Of a DNA stretch of 64,000 nucleotides, positions 14,291 to 30,651 are shown piece by piece (the stretch's first letter is position 1; each line of letters starts with the position of its first letter). This DNA comes from the human T2T-CHM13v2.0 reference genome, Homo sapiens. Both the position numbers and the translations under genes were made by a program. The stretch is taken from the NCBI GenBank assembly GCA_009914755.4, contig CP068257.2, positions 16,000,001-16,064,000 of the forward strand. Reading direction: 5' to 3'. Under the pieces are notes generated by a model. That model saw nothing but the letters and a program-made list of their open reading frames with translations, was not told the DNA's origin and did no database searches.

Positions 14291-16427
14291 TAATAAAAGA
14301 AAACGCATACAGAATTTATTTGATGTGCACAGGATGGGAGAATTGCTGGAGAATGATTACCCAATAACCCAGGGTGGTATAGAAGCTTATATATGCTTTT
14401 TCCCAGGGGAGGGGAGAGATGAGGAACGTGGAAAATTCTTTTGAGGGGCAGCAAATCATTTGAGAGAATGAATGGACCCAGAAGATGGGAGGCAGACATT
14501 TTGGGAAGGTGAGAGGTGGGGCTGCACAGGAATGAAGGTTGACTTATTATGAAGCAAAGTCCTCTAGGTAATCACTTGGAGCTGTCCTCAGAAGGATAGA
14601 TGAAAATTCTGTTGGGGACATGGTGATGACTCCCAGTCTCTTCTTTTCTCTGGTGGTTGATCCTCCCTGGTTGTTTGATGAGATTCCCTAGAAAAGGGGT
14701 TTAAGACAATTACAATTCTTTTGGAAAGAAATTTTCTTGGTCAGATAAGGACATTCCAGAAAGAATCACTCCCTGTGCTTGAGGTGGAGGAACAAGTCAA
14801 GGTTAGAAGGACCTTGATTCTGAGGCAGCTTCTAAGTCCTCTCAACATTTCAAAGCACCAGTCTTTGGGGTATCGCTTTCTGAGCCCCAACACTCTCATA
14901 GCGAGAGACATGACTATCGCATGTGTTACCATTTATAGTGTACATCCTCTGTCTCAAGTGCTGTGAAAGCACTTCATGTATTATTTCTCATTCTTACATA
15001 GATCCTTCAAGGGGAATGACATTTTTACTGCCTTTCCCAGTTGAATCTAAGACTCAGAGAAGGCCAGTAAATTCCATACAGCTAGAAAGCATCAGTCAGG
15101 ATTTGAAGCCAGGTTGAACCCAGCATTTGAATCCATGCTCTTTCTACACTTGTAGTATACCAACTCCTTTCATTCTCAGAACTCACATAAGGTCTGCATA
15201 TTACAGATAAGCTTATTCTACAAGCATATTCTAGCAGCATTATTGAATTTTCATCTAGAGCTGTAATGTGGACTACTAACCTAGATAGAATCGAAATCCA
15301 TCTAGGATGGACTGGATGCTGAGACATATAATGTTAGCTCTGTCCTTTTGGGAATTAGGTGACCAGTTTTCCAAGCAAATGTACTTGTCTCCTTAGGGCC
15401 ATTGGATCCTGGTGAGAACCTGGGAGAGTCAAGATATCATCAATGAGCAGCCTGGTTCTGAAATTCAGAACCCCTCCTGAGTCTAACAATGGCAGAAAGC
15501 TCTTAACTTATTCTTCATTTCCTTCTCTGCATTCCTTACTCCCCAGATTTAAAAACGACACTCTCTCCATGATATAATCATGGGCAAGCACTCTGAGTTG
15601 AGTGTCAGAGGTATTTTATTTGTCTTGGGAAGATGTAAATTCCTGGGTGTGTACAGATTCCAGTGGCTTTCCGAGGGAAAGAGCATGCTGCTTTTCTTAA
15701 GAAAGGCCACCAATGGGAATGATTTCTGGTGATGCAATGTTGATATTTTAGTACCATTCTAGAAAAGGGAAGAGGTGGGGTTTCTCTGGAGCCAGATTAA
15801 CTCATAATTAGTTCTCACGCAGCCTGCTTAAGTAATTATGGTGAAACCAAATCACATTACTTTTTTCTCCTGTTCCTGATAAAAGCTTCAACCCCACTCC
15901 TTCTGCCCCATAGGGCACTTGGCTGGCCATCATACCCTACACTACAGGCACTATTCTTCAGTTCTGTTTCCAGGCTACAACTGTCACTGTGTAAAATAAG
16001 AAGTGTGGGGGAAAAATGTACACCTCTCGGTCTCACTACTTCAGAGGCACCTAGCAACCCTGTCTCCAGGCAGGCAGCACGCATCTCCCTGGTAGTTTAC
16101 AGCCCACTCACAGCAGAGGCGGCATGCTCTCTGCAAATAGCCTACGTCTTTGCTGGTGCCAGCTTGGCGGTGGGGTGGTGGTGTCATTTGGTGTCCTCAG
16201 GGACGTTTGGTTCTTGTTCTGGGAAGACTAGGGCAAAGCAATGACTATTTCACCAAAACTGCCTGAGGGATTAGAAATTAGGTCAAGCAGTTCTGTACTT
16301 GGGGTTGCATTGTCTAAAATCAAAAGCAATGGTTTTTAATCTTTGTTTTTCTCCAGTCTTTGGGACATTTCTGTCATAAACCTTCCAGTATGCTTGGGAA
16401 GATAGAAAAGGATGTTTATGGTGTGGC

Positions 16428-17055
<628 letters not shown>

Positions 17056-17530
17056 TAGAAGGTGTATCTATGCAATGAGCAACTCTGCTGGCCACTTTGT
17101 CTATCTGTCAGCCCACTAACAATGATACACATCAACCATTCTCACATCCATCCTCTGCTTCTAGAATGTCAGCTGGGCTGAAGAGCATCTTGCACTGGTT
17201 TACCAACAAGCCCACATGAACATTCCATTTCAGGCTCAAGTACCACAGGATATTATACATAGATGCTGAGACTTTAAATTAGATTTCTGTACCTGAGGGA
17301 ATTTGTAAAGAGTCTTTGTTTCTTAACTTCTTGTATTTGACTTCATTTTAAGCTCCCCCCCTGGAAGAAGGGCCTTGGAGAATGAAAGTTGTGTCTCTTT
17401 GGGAGGCACACAAAGCTTTTCCTATGTGGTAATTGATTAAAGAATGGAAGAATGCAGGCTTTTAGGAATATAAGGCTTGGGAAACTGAGTCCTGCTGGGT
17501 AGAGAGATGATCTCAAGATATCAGGAAAGG

Positions 17531-17872
<342 letters not shown>

Positions 17873-19149
17873 TCATTCACTCATTCACAGAACAGTTATT
17901 GAATTCCTACCACGCGCCAGGCCCTCTGCTAGCAAGGGAAACAAATATGAATGACAAGTGTAATCCACAAGCTCATAGTCTACAGGATATTTTAGTAAAA
18001 GCAATAATTAGAAACAATGTCAGATTTGTTGTAATGCAAGGAAGTGCATAGCCCTTTGGAATCTCAGACAGTAATGGGAGACCTCTCTAGGGAGATGAAA
18101 GGGAGGGAGGAAGAGAGGGCTATATAATTTAATTGTTGATAATAGCCACGTTTAACAATTGGCTGCAAAATTTCTGAAAATTTAACACTCCACTCTCATG
18201 AGCTGATAAAAACTGGCTCCACAACACCATGGGATGAAGGTGAAATTGGGAAGTGTAGATATGTCTTGTTGCCATGCTAAGGAGGTTGGACTCATTCCAC
18301 AAGGCAGGATAATTTGAAATACTAATTAGTGCTTTTATTTTTCTTGTTTTATATATTTTTACTTTCCCTCACCAAAGAAGTTACCTAACTTCTGTTTTTC
18401 TTGTCTCAGGGTCTTTTGTGCTGCTGGGCAGAAACCAAATATTTTAAAGAAATAAGGCTGGCATTACCTATCTTCATAGCACCTTGTAGATATGGTAGAG
18501 GTGAAGAACGGTAGACAGCATTGTAGGCAAAGACCAGAGGGCCTATTTGTGAATATTCTGGATGAGAGCCCTGTAAATTTCAAAAGATCTTTGATAGAAA
18601 AGGAAGGAGCACAATAAAAAGACTGAAATTGAATTTCTCACTGGCTGAGTGGAAGAGGGTTGAATATAATTTAACAACTGCAGAGAATTTAAGGGAAGAG
18701 AACTTCCTTGCACTCTAGTGTTATAGGGTAAAACTGATACCTGCTAGTCATACACATGTTTTAACCAGAATTATGACCTGATTTTATCTAAATTTTGGAA
18801 GGATAACTCTGCCACCTGCATAGAGAAGGAATTGGAAAGGGGAGAACCAGATGAGCTTGTTGCAATCATCTATGATGGTGAGGAGAGTAGCCAGGGTAGT
18901 CTAGGAAAAAAAGAGGAGAGGATAGACTCCAGAATATTTCAGAGGATAAATCACAATTGATGTCAATATAACTTTGAGGATTTAAAATATGAGTGGTGTG
19001 ATTTAGAGGCAAATGCAAGCCCCATGCCTATTTTGGTTATATCTCTATTTTCTGCCTGGCACAAGGCCTGGCAGTTAGCAGGTGCTCAATAAATATATAT
19101 TGAATGAATGAAAGAGCAAATACATGAGTAAGTCAAATGCACAAACAAC

Positions 19150-19835
19150 TAGGCATGTTTTTATTACATTAAAAGACTAGTCAAAAGAATGAGAAGACAA
19201 ATCACGGATTAAGAAAAAAATCTTGGCAAAAGACAGATCTGACAAAGGTCTGCTATGCAAAATATACGAAAACCTTTTAACACTCAATAATTAAAAAGCA
19301 TCCCAATTAAAAAGGAGGCAAAAGACTTGAACAGAGACCTCACCAAAGAAGTTACACAGATGGCAAATAAGCATATGAAGAGATGCTCTAGTTCATATGT
19401 CATTAGGAAACTGAAATCAAAGTAACAGTGATGCCTGTCCTCTAGATGCCTAATCACTAGATGCCTGCTAGAATGACCAAAATCCAGAACAGTGACAGCA
19501 CCAAATGCTTGTGGAAATGAGGAGCAACAAGAACTCTCATTCATTGCTGGTGGGAACGCAGAATGGCACAGTAACTTTGGAAGGCAGGTTGGCAGTTTCT
19601 CACAAGGCTATATATACTCTTACCGTATGATCCAACAATCATATTCCTTGATGTTTACCCAAATGAGTTGAAAACTGCTGTCCACACAAAAACCTGCACA
19701 GATGTTTTTAGCAGCTTTATTCATAATTGCCAAGACTTGGAAGCAACCAAAATGTCTTTCGGCTGGGTGAATGGATAAACAAACTGTGGCACATCCAGAC
19801 AATGGAATACTATTCAACATCAAAAAGAAATGAGC
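19150..19835 (+). mobile_element. Old LINE-1 (L1M-type) 3' end fragment
   Basis: '...cctgcacagatgtttttagcagctttattcataattgccaagacttggaagcaaccaaaatgtctttcggctgggtgaatggataaacaaactgtggcacatccagacaatggaatactattcaacatcaaaaagaaatgag' is a classic mammalian-wide L1M 3' end. An Alu interrupts or abuts it at 19838. Confidence 0.6.
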
Positions 19836-19837
19836 TG

Positions 19838-20065
19838 GCTGGGCACAGTGGCTCATACCTGTAATCCTAGCACTTTGGGAGCTTAAGGAAGAGGATCACT
19901 TAATGTTGAGACCAGTCTAGGCAACGTGGTGAAACCCTGTCTCTACAAAAAATGCAAAAATTAACCAGGCATGGTGGTGTGCACCTGTGGTCCCAGCTAC
20001 TTCAAAGGCTAAGGTGGGAGGATTCCTTGACCCTGGGAGGTGGAGGCTGCAGAGCTATGAAAAGA
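19838..20065 (+). mobile_element. Alu SINE (sense, older, 3'-truncated)
   Basis: 'ggctgggcacagtggctcatacctgtaatcctagcactttgggag...ccaggcatggtggtgtgcacctgtggtcccagctacttcaaaggctaaggtgggagg'. Confidence 0.8.
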
Positions 20066-20985
20066 CATGGAGGAAACTGAAATGAAAACTACTAAGTGAA
20101 ATAGTGAAATAAGCTAATCTGAAAAGGCACACACTGTACAATTCCAAGCCAAAAGTATGGGTATGGTAAAAAGATTGGAGCTTGCTGGAGCTGGAGGAAA
20201 GGAAGGGATGAATAGGCAGAGCACATAGGATTTTTAGGGCAGTGAAACTATTCTGTATGATATTATCATGGTGGATACATGTCATCATATACTTGTCAAA
20301 ACCCATACAATATATAACACCCAGAGTGAATCCTAATGTAAACTATAGACTTTGAGTGATAAACACAATTTATGGGAGGCCATTGTTTTGAGCTAGCGTT
20401 CCACATGAGGCTCCAGCAGACCAGACCAAACTAGGATGGAGTCACTTATGTTCCACATTATCAAACGGAACCTTAAAACGGGCCAGTTTAAAAAAATAAA
20501 AACAGCCCAGGAGATTCCAGGCAATCTGAGTCAATGAATAAGGGAGTGCCCTCTGTTTCAACCTTACAAAGAAAGTAACTTTGAAACCACCAATACACTT
20601 TTTGTTCTCTGTTTCTGATTTCTTCAACATTTTCCTGTCTATAAAGCCAATCTCCTCTGCTCAGCTTATCAGAACACTCATTCTGTTTTATAGAATGTGG
20701 TATTGCCTGATTCTAGAATCTCAAATAGAAGCCAGTTAAATTTTTAAACTAGATTTGGGGTAATTTGATCTTTTGACAGTGATGGTGATTTATTAATGTA
20801 GTTCATCAGTTTTAACAAATGTACCACTGTGGGGCAGGATGTTGATTGCGGGGAAGGCTTGTGTGTGTGTGGGTGTGTGTGTGTTGGCAGGTGGGGGAGG
20901 TGCATGTGGCAGTTATGGGACCTCTTTGGACATTACGCCCAGTTTTTCTGTGAAACTTAAAGTGCTCTGAAAATAAAAGTCTAGG

Positions 20986-21284
<299 letters not shown>

Positions 21285-23141
21285 CTATTTAAAAGGAAAA
21301 AATATGAGTCTCAAAGTGACATGAGAATTTGTGACTCAGTGTCAGAATAGTGGTTATGGAAACTTCACTTCTAAGTCACCTGCAGCTGATATTCTGACCA
21401 GTAGACTGCACTTGTGTAAAGATCAATGAACATGATCAGAAAAACAAATGCTAGTGTGGCAGAAGGAAACTGAGATATAACGGATCATTATGAGGTCTGT
21501 GTTGAAGAAGAGGGTATGAGAATTTGAACCAAGAGTTCTATGAATGTCAAATGACTTTGGGCTTCATTGGAACTCTCTACTAGTTAGAGGGGGTGAATTT
21601 CCTATGCACTAGCTTACCACCGGGCAGTTGTAGCTATTAACATATGACCATGAGATCTACGGAAGAAGGAAAAAGGAAACAACTTTATTTTCTGAGTAAC
21701 AATTAGCAGATTAGGGAAATGTGCTTTCAAGGAAACCAAAAGCATGCAGAAGGGAAGGAAACAGTGGAATTCAGGTCTTCCAGGGTCTGTCTTACATGCT
21801 TATTCATCAGGCTTGGGAAATAGCTATTAATATTTATGGGAAAAGTCAAGCTCATGTCCAGTGAGTTAACATGTATGTAACATACATTCCATGTTCACTT
21901 TGGGGTGGGGTTTTATCATTAAAGTGAGGTGGAATTTGACTTTTTACCTCAAAAAGTGAATTATAGGGCACAAAGACATTTGTGCACAGTCTCTGAAAGC
22001 TGGCTGGGACCGGATTAGGGTCTGTAGCTGCTTATCAGGAAACAATGTTTGTAAGGCAGGTCTCTTGTAAAATGGGTGCTGCTGGCAGGATCCCTAAGGT
22101 GGGGGTCCACCCAAATGAGTCTGGCAATGTTTTCCTAGAACAGGTTTCAGTCTAACTGCAGAAAGAAAACTTTATAGCAGTTAACAAGCCTTTTAGTAGT
22201 AATGCAGGATTTTTTGCTCCTTTTCTCGGCTAAAATCCGAGTTCTTGTCTCACAACCAGGAAAAATCAGGTCCACGGACACATTGAAAGGTGAGGAGAGC
22301 GGAATTTATTAAAAGAAAGCTCTCAGCAAAAAGAGGGGGTCCTGCCAATAGGCTCCCACCTCACAGACTGAATACCAGGCCACCACACACGAGCTGAAGA
22401 AGCCAGACTCTTTCCCCTGATTAGGCAGAATTCCTGGTGGCTCCACCCCATTCCCCCAGTGCTCACGTGAGCCCCCAGTCCACCCAGTCCATTGCAGGCA
22501 TGCCCAGGCAAGATCCTGGGCAAATTCCCTTATCTGTCTCCTGGATCTATCGGTAGTTAACAATGTACAGGTACATGACCAAACCCTTTTCTCTGTTATG
22601 GCCGCTTAATTTTCTCTTGAGGGTCTCAGCCACAGAGAGTTCATCTCATCTGTCAGCTGGGGGTATGTTAATGTTAATATACCAAATGCCATTTCAGACC
22701 ATATTGTTCTAAGCAAACAAATATTTGCTTGTAAGCAGGCACAACACAATTTTACAGCCTGTGGTGACTTGGAATATTTTCACTTTCAACCCTTGAACAT
22801 CACCTTCATGAAAGGATTTCTGCATGATGGAGGCAGATAGGTTCTGATCGATGAAAGGGCAGCCCTTTTGGTGAGATCTGATGACAGGATTGTCTGCTAA
22901 GAGAAGGAGCACACGGCCACTGGGGCCTTCAATCTAGAAGCTGCCCTTTGGTATGAACAACTGGCCCAGACAGGTATTTATTTATATGTAACTCCTGCAA
23001 ATATGGAGATGTCTAACTTCCAACAATCACACACAACTTAAACCCCACTAATTTCACCAATGAAAAATTCTAACATGCTAAATAATAAACCTTCTGTATG
23101 TTGACTTCATACAAATACTTTTTAATGCCACCTGGCCAATT

Positions 23142-23432
23142 CTTTTTTTTTTTTTTTTTTTTGTGATGGAGTTTTGCTCTTGTCATCCAGGCTGGAGCGC
23201 AGTGACCCGATCTCGGCTCACTGCAACCTTCGCCTCTTGGGTTCAAGTGAGCCTCAGCCTCCCGAGTAGCTGAGATTACAGGCACCTGCCACCACGCCCG
23301 GCTACTTTTTGTATTTTTAGTAGAGATGGGGTTTCACCATGTTTCCCAGGCTGCTCTCAAACTCCTGACCTCAGGTAATCTGCCCACCTCAACCTCCCAA
23401 AGTGCTGGGATTACAGGCCACGCGCCCGGCCC
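23142..23432 (-). mobile_element. Alu SINE (antisense)
   Basis: A 22-nt poly-T followed by an antisense Alu ending 'gggattacaggccacgcgcccggcc'. Confidence 0.9.
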
Positions 23433-24144
23433 CACTTGGCCAATTCTTAGGGTGTTAATTCTATTAGGTTACTTCATGTGCTAATCGATCCCTAGGGTAC
23501 AAATTAGAGTTAATTGCTGCACACAGAGTTCCCAGTGTTTACATACCGTAGTATTGTAAAGTGAATTACAACACACAATGAAATCAAAGGAAACATCAAA
23601 AAGAAAATTTTAAGAAGTCCCCAACATCAAAATGACTGTACCTCTGCTTTACATTGTATCAGTTATAGCTGCCTAATAACGGAGATTCAATTGCGCAAGC
23701 CACCAATTATTGTGTTGGAGGGCATGAGCATATATGGGGCTTTGCAACATTTTAATAAAACAGTTTGAAATAATTTACTGTCTTGATGGTTGTAGCATCA
23801 TGGCTCTTTTAGAGATTCCCCATTAACAAAAGGTAGCCCTTTACTTATAATTGCATGTAATTTTTTTTTTCGATTAACAAGAAAAACCGTGAGTACTAGG
23901 GATGTCTGGGGAGAGCAGTCAGATATCCCAGGGAGAGGTTGTCATAGAAACTGTGCTGGAGAGCAGCTATACACAGGGTAAAATGCACCCTCCAAAGAAG
24001 AGAGGATGGACATTATTGTGAAGCTGCCCTTTCTATCAGTTTCAGAGTGTAAAGCTCTTAATGAATGTCTTTGTGGAAATCATCCTCAGTGATAGCAAGG
24101 GTAGGTAGAATAGAAGGATGCTGGGGCTAATGATATATGCCTCA

Positions 24145-24275
24145 GCTGGGTGCAGTGGCTCATGTCTATAATCCCAGCACTTTGGGAGGCCAAGGCGGGA
24201 GGATTACTTGAGGCCAGGAGTTTGAGACCAGCCTGGGTAACAAACATAACAAGACCCCCGTCTACAAAAACAAAA
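24145..24275 (+). mobile_element. Partial Alu (left-monomer/FLAM-like)
   Basis: 'gctgggtgcagtggctcatgtctataatcccagcactttgggaggccaaggcgggaggattacttgaggccaggagtttgagaccagcctgggtaacaaacataacaagacccccgtctacaaaaac', then it stops. Confidence 0.7.
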
Positions 24276-24587
24276 ACCTTCATAGGATTGTTATAGAAAA
24301 TTAAATAGATAACAATCATAAAACACCCACTATGTATAGTCCTTGGAAAATATTAATAGAAATGATAATAATTTTTACATTTATTATCTCATATAATTCT
24401 CACTAGAGCAATCTGAGGGAGGCACAGTCATTATTTCCAACTATTTTTGGATACAAAAATTTATTTTCAATCATGTTTGGACATGGGGAAGGAAGAGACA
24501 TATTCTAGAATTCTATCAGAAGATTAACATCACTTGAGCAACTGCTCAGTCATACCTCTGAGAATAGTAATTTTAAATAAAATAACA

Positions 24588-24878
<291 letters not shown>

Positions 24879-25355
24879 AAATATTTCCTTTTTTTCAATG
24901 AGAAAATGAGGATCAAAGAAGTTGAGTTGCTCAAGGTCACATTGAAAGTAGTAGAGCTGGAACCCAAATGCAAGGTTATCTAGCTCTAGGGCCCATGCCC
25001 TTAACGTCTCTGCTGGACTGAACTAGTGGGCAATCAATAACTGGTAATGATTACAAAAATGGTGGTAGAATAATAAATAGTGGAAGTTTTGATTGCCACG
25101 CTATATGTATGGCAGAATGTCATAGCATTTGTTGATTTTGTTCATTTCCTAAGTTTATTTTTCCCAATGGACATGGAGGAAAGTGTCATCCTATAGGATG
25201 ACAACCAAATTGTTCTGTTTTCTCCTCCTGACTCCCTAATGCAGAGCTCCAGGCTGCTCCAACCAATCTATGGCAGATAGCACTTAAGTTAAAACCTGTT
25301 GGTCATCCCCACCTAATCTTAGTCCTTCTTCAAAACTCCAGGAAAACCAGGAATT

Positions 25356-25378
25356 TTCTCTCTCTCTCTCTCTCTCTC
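25356..25378. repeat. (CT)n microsatellite, about 11 units
   Basis: 'ctctctctctctctctctctctc' read directly from the sequence. Confidence 0.85.
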
Positions 25379-26085
25379 CGTCTCCCAAAGGAGCAATTTA
25401 TAGCTGGAACTTCCTTACCATACTTTCCCCAATGTTTTAAGACCCTATGTTTTGGGCTGAATTGTGTCCCCCTTCTCTCAATTTATATGTTGAAATTTTA
25501 ACCCTTAGTACCTCAGTATGTGACTGTTTTTGGTGACAGGACTTGTAAAGAGAGGATTAAGGTAAAATGAGGTCATAGGGTTGGACCCTAATCCAATATG
25601 ACTGCGGTCCTCATTAGAACAGATTAGGACACAGACATACACAAAGGAAATACCATGTGAAGACATTACAAGACAACAGTGTTGGGGCTCAGGACACAAT
25701 ACTGCAAGGTATGGCCCCTTGGCGTGTTGAGTACTTTGAACTGAAAGAGATAGGGAGGGCTCAGAAGCAAGGTCTCTCTGACCTCTTACCTTCCTTTCTC
25801 TCTCTCTCCTTTTCCCTCCAAGGCAGGTCACAGAAACTAGAACTCCTCTCCCCAAAGGCAGCTGCAAAACCTAAAAATGTCACTCTCTGACCCTCTCACT
25901 TTTCCCTTGAAGGCTTTCATGTGACAGGTGTCCTGACCTGTACCCGGAGAAAGGAATGCTACACAGAGAGGCCAAAAAGAATTTGAACAAACAGGCCTCG
26001 CTAAGTTGCCTCCTCAGTTAATTACCATTAGAGCATACCATATTTGTCCAATCACATTTCTATTCTTCATTGAACCTAAGCATAA

Positions 26086-26556
<471 letters not shown>

Positions 26557-27359
26557 TGAGGAAGAGGTATTATACCTTTTTTGCCCCTGCAACAACCATC
26601 TACAAGCCAAGGAGAGAGGGGCCTCCAAAGGAACCAATCATGCTGAAGGCTTATCTTAGACTTCTAGTCTCCAGAACTATAAGGCAATAAAATTGTGTTA
26701 CTTAAACCCCCCTGTGACACTTTGCTATGGCATCCCTAGAAAATGAATGCACTGCACAGCGGCCTGAGCACCATGGCTCTGTTCAAACCCATGCCACCTT
26801 TTCTTCCAGTCCTCTTCACTTTTGACATTCTGTCACTGTGTCGGTTTCCCAGTAGTTAAGCGCCAGGTGTGGAATGAGAACCCATTGTGTAAAATGGCAC
26901 AGGTCCACACTGCAATTGGCTCTGGGGAGGCTAAGTCCCGGGAAAATTAATCAAGATGTGTACTCTCCTTTGTGTTCCTGTGCCTGACTCCCACTTGCTC
27001 ATGCTCTCCCAGGGCATGGTGCCTTCCTCAGAGCTAACACAACACTGTGTTCATATCTAGATGAAAGTTCTCACAGGACTGTGACACCATTAATTTTTTT
27101 ATGTGCCTGTTTGCCACCTCAACCCTATCTCCAGTTAAATTCTGAATTCATAGACACTGAGATTATGGCTATGAATTATTCATTTTGGTATCCCAGCATC
27201 TGCTACAATTCTAGTGGTTCAAAAAAGGCATAAATTTATATTTGGATTTTTTGAGTGGATATCTTTTTTTCTGATTTCTTTCTTTCTTCTATACCTCTGT
27301 GAAGGGAGTTTTATAATACAGATGTAAGGGAAAGAAATTTTAAATACGTTAAATATGTT

Positions 27360-27660
27360 GGTCAGGCATGGTGGTTCACGCCTGTAATCCCAGCACTTTG
27401 GGAGGCCAAGGTGGAAGGATCACTTGAGCCCTAGGAATTTGAGACCAGCGTGGGCAGACCCTGTCTCTATGAAAAAATTTAAAAATGAGCTGAGTGTGGT
27501 GGCACACACCTGTAGTCCCAGCTACTTGGAAGGCTGAGGTGGGAGGATCACTTGAGCTCAGGAGTTGGAGACTGCAGTAAGGCATGATTGTACCACTGCA
27601 CTCCAGTCTGGGTGACAAGCAAGACTCTGTCTCAAAAATAAACAAACAAATGAATAAATA
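27360..27660 (+). mobile_element. Alu SINE (sense)
   Basis: 'ggtcaggcatggtggttcacgcctgtaatcccagcactttgggaggccaaggtggaaggatcacttgagccc...' with an A-rich tail. Confidence 0.9.
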
Positions 27661-28736
27661 TGTTATGCTATCAGCAGTGGTCAATGTCTTAAGAAAAAGC
27701 ATTCATGTTTATCTTAAATGCTCTAATCAGAAGATTCTAAAATGTCTAAGCTTCTTCTTAGGGGGGAAAATCCAAGCACAATGAAGGTTGAGCTGTCTAG
27801 GAAAAACAGTCCTCAGGACCTCAAGGATCTTACTGCTCCCTCCACCTGCAAGATGGAGCCGAGCCCAAGGAGAGGAGATGGTTCTAAAATAGGTACTTTT
27901 CAGCTGGAGCTGGCTTAGAAAGTCACTCTTAATGTCTGATGAAGCTGTAGACAAGGAATTACCCTCAAGTAGTTGAAGCTTCTGTTCCATCGTTCAGGAG
28001 ATAGGGAGAGAAGGGAGACTGCAGAAGAAAGAGACTCCCCAGTGCCTACCCAAGACAGACTCTGTAAGGACTGTCAGGCAGTGGGTTGGAAAATCAATGC
28101 TTTGCCTCTAGACTCCTCTGAACTCTCTTTGTGTGTTTGGATCAGTTACTAGTATGGTTGTTTCTTTTTTGGCAATGAATTGTCTCTAAATCTCCTTGAA
28201 CTTTTTGGACAGAACAGAGGGACATAGTAATATATTTAGATTGTTATGAACTGTATCTTGCTTGTCATATTGAAACATGGAAACACTACCCTCATCCACT
28301 CCTTAGTGAATCTCCTGCTTTATCATGGGATCTGGTTGGAAAGAAAGTATGGTCTTTCTGCCCTTCACCCGTCTCTTCCTAGAGACACTATCCAAGGATG
28401 GTCAACTTCTTTGAAAGTCTTAGTAAAAAGCTGGGTCATGAGCTTTGGTTATTTTTAGACAACAATAGGCGATGGATGAAGCAAGTTTGTAACTAGGAAT
28501 GCGTGGTTTGCACTACTTGGAATGCAGTTTGCCTTCGGGGGTTTGCTGTTTGTAAGACAATTGGCAACACCCCACAGATTTGTGTCAGGAACACCAAAGA
28601 ATTAGAATCAATCATTTGTGAAGAAGCAGAACAGTCCTCCATTAGACTTTATATATTAATAAAAATGAGCACAAGTGAGGGTCAGATCTGTTCACCAGGT
28701 CCCTAATTATAATTCAGAGAGCCAGGGGAAAGAGAA

Positions 28737-28767
<31 letters not shown>

Positions 28768-30651
28768 GAAGAATGCCTGACGTTTGGGAACACTAAACAG
28801 AGACAGAAGATTTTTCTGTCTTTCACGTCAAACATCCAGCCACGTGCTCACTTTTTTTCCTTGAAAGGCATTTAACGTTGTGGGATTATATTTTTCTTCC
28901 TGACTCCTAGAAAAATATAAATGTCATCGACGTTTGATCTCATCTAGGTAGTTTGAAGGCTCTTCGTTTGTGGGTAGGAAAGTTAATGCCACAAAATGTA
29001 CTAAAATTCAAAAACATTCCAACTTTAATGATTCACAGCAAAGTCAGAATGCAGGTCAGATGCTGTATTTCTGATATTTAAAAAATACAAAAAGAATTCT
29101 TTGAAAGTATGTTTCCAAAAGACAGTAGACATTTGTACTATTTATCATTCAGCAAGAGCTAAATAGCATAGGAACATGGTTATTCTAAGTTACATTTTGA
29201 AAAAAGAGAAACAAAACAATTATTTCTGAAAACAGCAAAAACATCAAGCTTGCTAATTTGAACAGTTTTGACAGTTGACACAAAGGAGAGAAAAGGGCCT
29301 TTTATGTGTTGTATAAGGAAGATCTGTTGAAGAAAATTAGCTCCTACAGGAATAGGATTGATAATGTGACATATACTCACTCTGATCTAAATTTAACATC
29401 TTCCCACGTTCTCATTGCTCCAATGCCCTTCGAGTTACTATAGTGATCCTACCTTGCCATTCAACATTTAATTCCTAGGTAACAGACAACAACCGTGGCG
29501 ACCAGGGAAGGAATAGGCAAAAATCTATTTATTAAATATTATCTGGAGTTACTTGCTTGAAAAAACATCTCCCCCACAACCCCAGCAGATTTTGGGCTGA
29601 GTTACAACTAAAATATAAATTGTACAAGAAGAACCAAGAAGAATTTTCAGGCTCCAATTTTGAGTTTTAGAATCTTGACATAATGGCACAGACCCCCAAA
29701 ATAAAGATTCTGAAATAAGCACTTTTCATCTGGAGCTGGCCTGGAAAGTCTCTCTTAATGCTTGATGGAGCTGTAGGCAAGGAAATACCCTCAACTAGTT
29801 GCGGCTTCTGTTCCATCCACTGATGTTGTACCATATGCTTATCCTTCCTCTAAAATGGGCAGATACATGATGTGAGAGTTTTTTCTCACAAAATTAGCTT
29901 GCATTAGAAACTTCCAAATGAAAGACTCTTCTGACCACTGGAAAAACAGAGTAAGTACTTACTAGGTTCGTGCAAAAGTAATTGAGGTTTTTGCATCACT
30001 TTAATGGCAAAACCGCAATTAACTTTTGCATTAAACCTCATACATACATCATGTAAGTATACTTATATACATACTTTAAAAATATCTTCTCAGTAGCCTT
30101 CTCTTTCAGCTCTCCAGTAAAAGGGCGTCCAAAGATGGTAGCCTTCTCTTTCAGCTCTCCAATAAAAGGATGTCCAAAAACGCATACCTGAGGAGCACAA
30201 AAATACCCCACTATTTCCAGGTATTGGTCCTGTGGCAGGCCAGGTCTCACTAATGCAGTCTTCCATAACACCTGCTTCGGTACTGACTGACTGGCTAAGT
30301 TTTAAAAGCCAGTGCCCTTATACAAAGACTGGAATGTAACAAAAGCCCACCAAGAGTTTTGCCTAGGCTTTTCCTGAGCCTTAAAGCATAACAAAATAAC
30401 GAAGGAATCCTTAACGGGACCCATTTAGGATTAAACAAGTTTTATTGGGAGTCTGAAGAAACTCCCCAGGCTTCACAAAGAAGCTTATTGGGGTTCTGAA
30501 GGAACTCCCCAAACCTCCATGATTTAGCAGGAGACAAGATAAGGGTAATCACCCCAGCACCTGGACCCATTTAGATCAAGTAAATTTATTGAGGTTCCAG
30601 GGGAAGGTCTCAGGACTCAGACCTTAGTTATAGATTAAAAGAAGTTAATCA

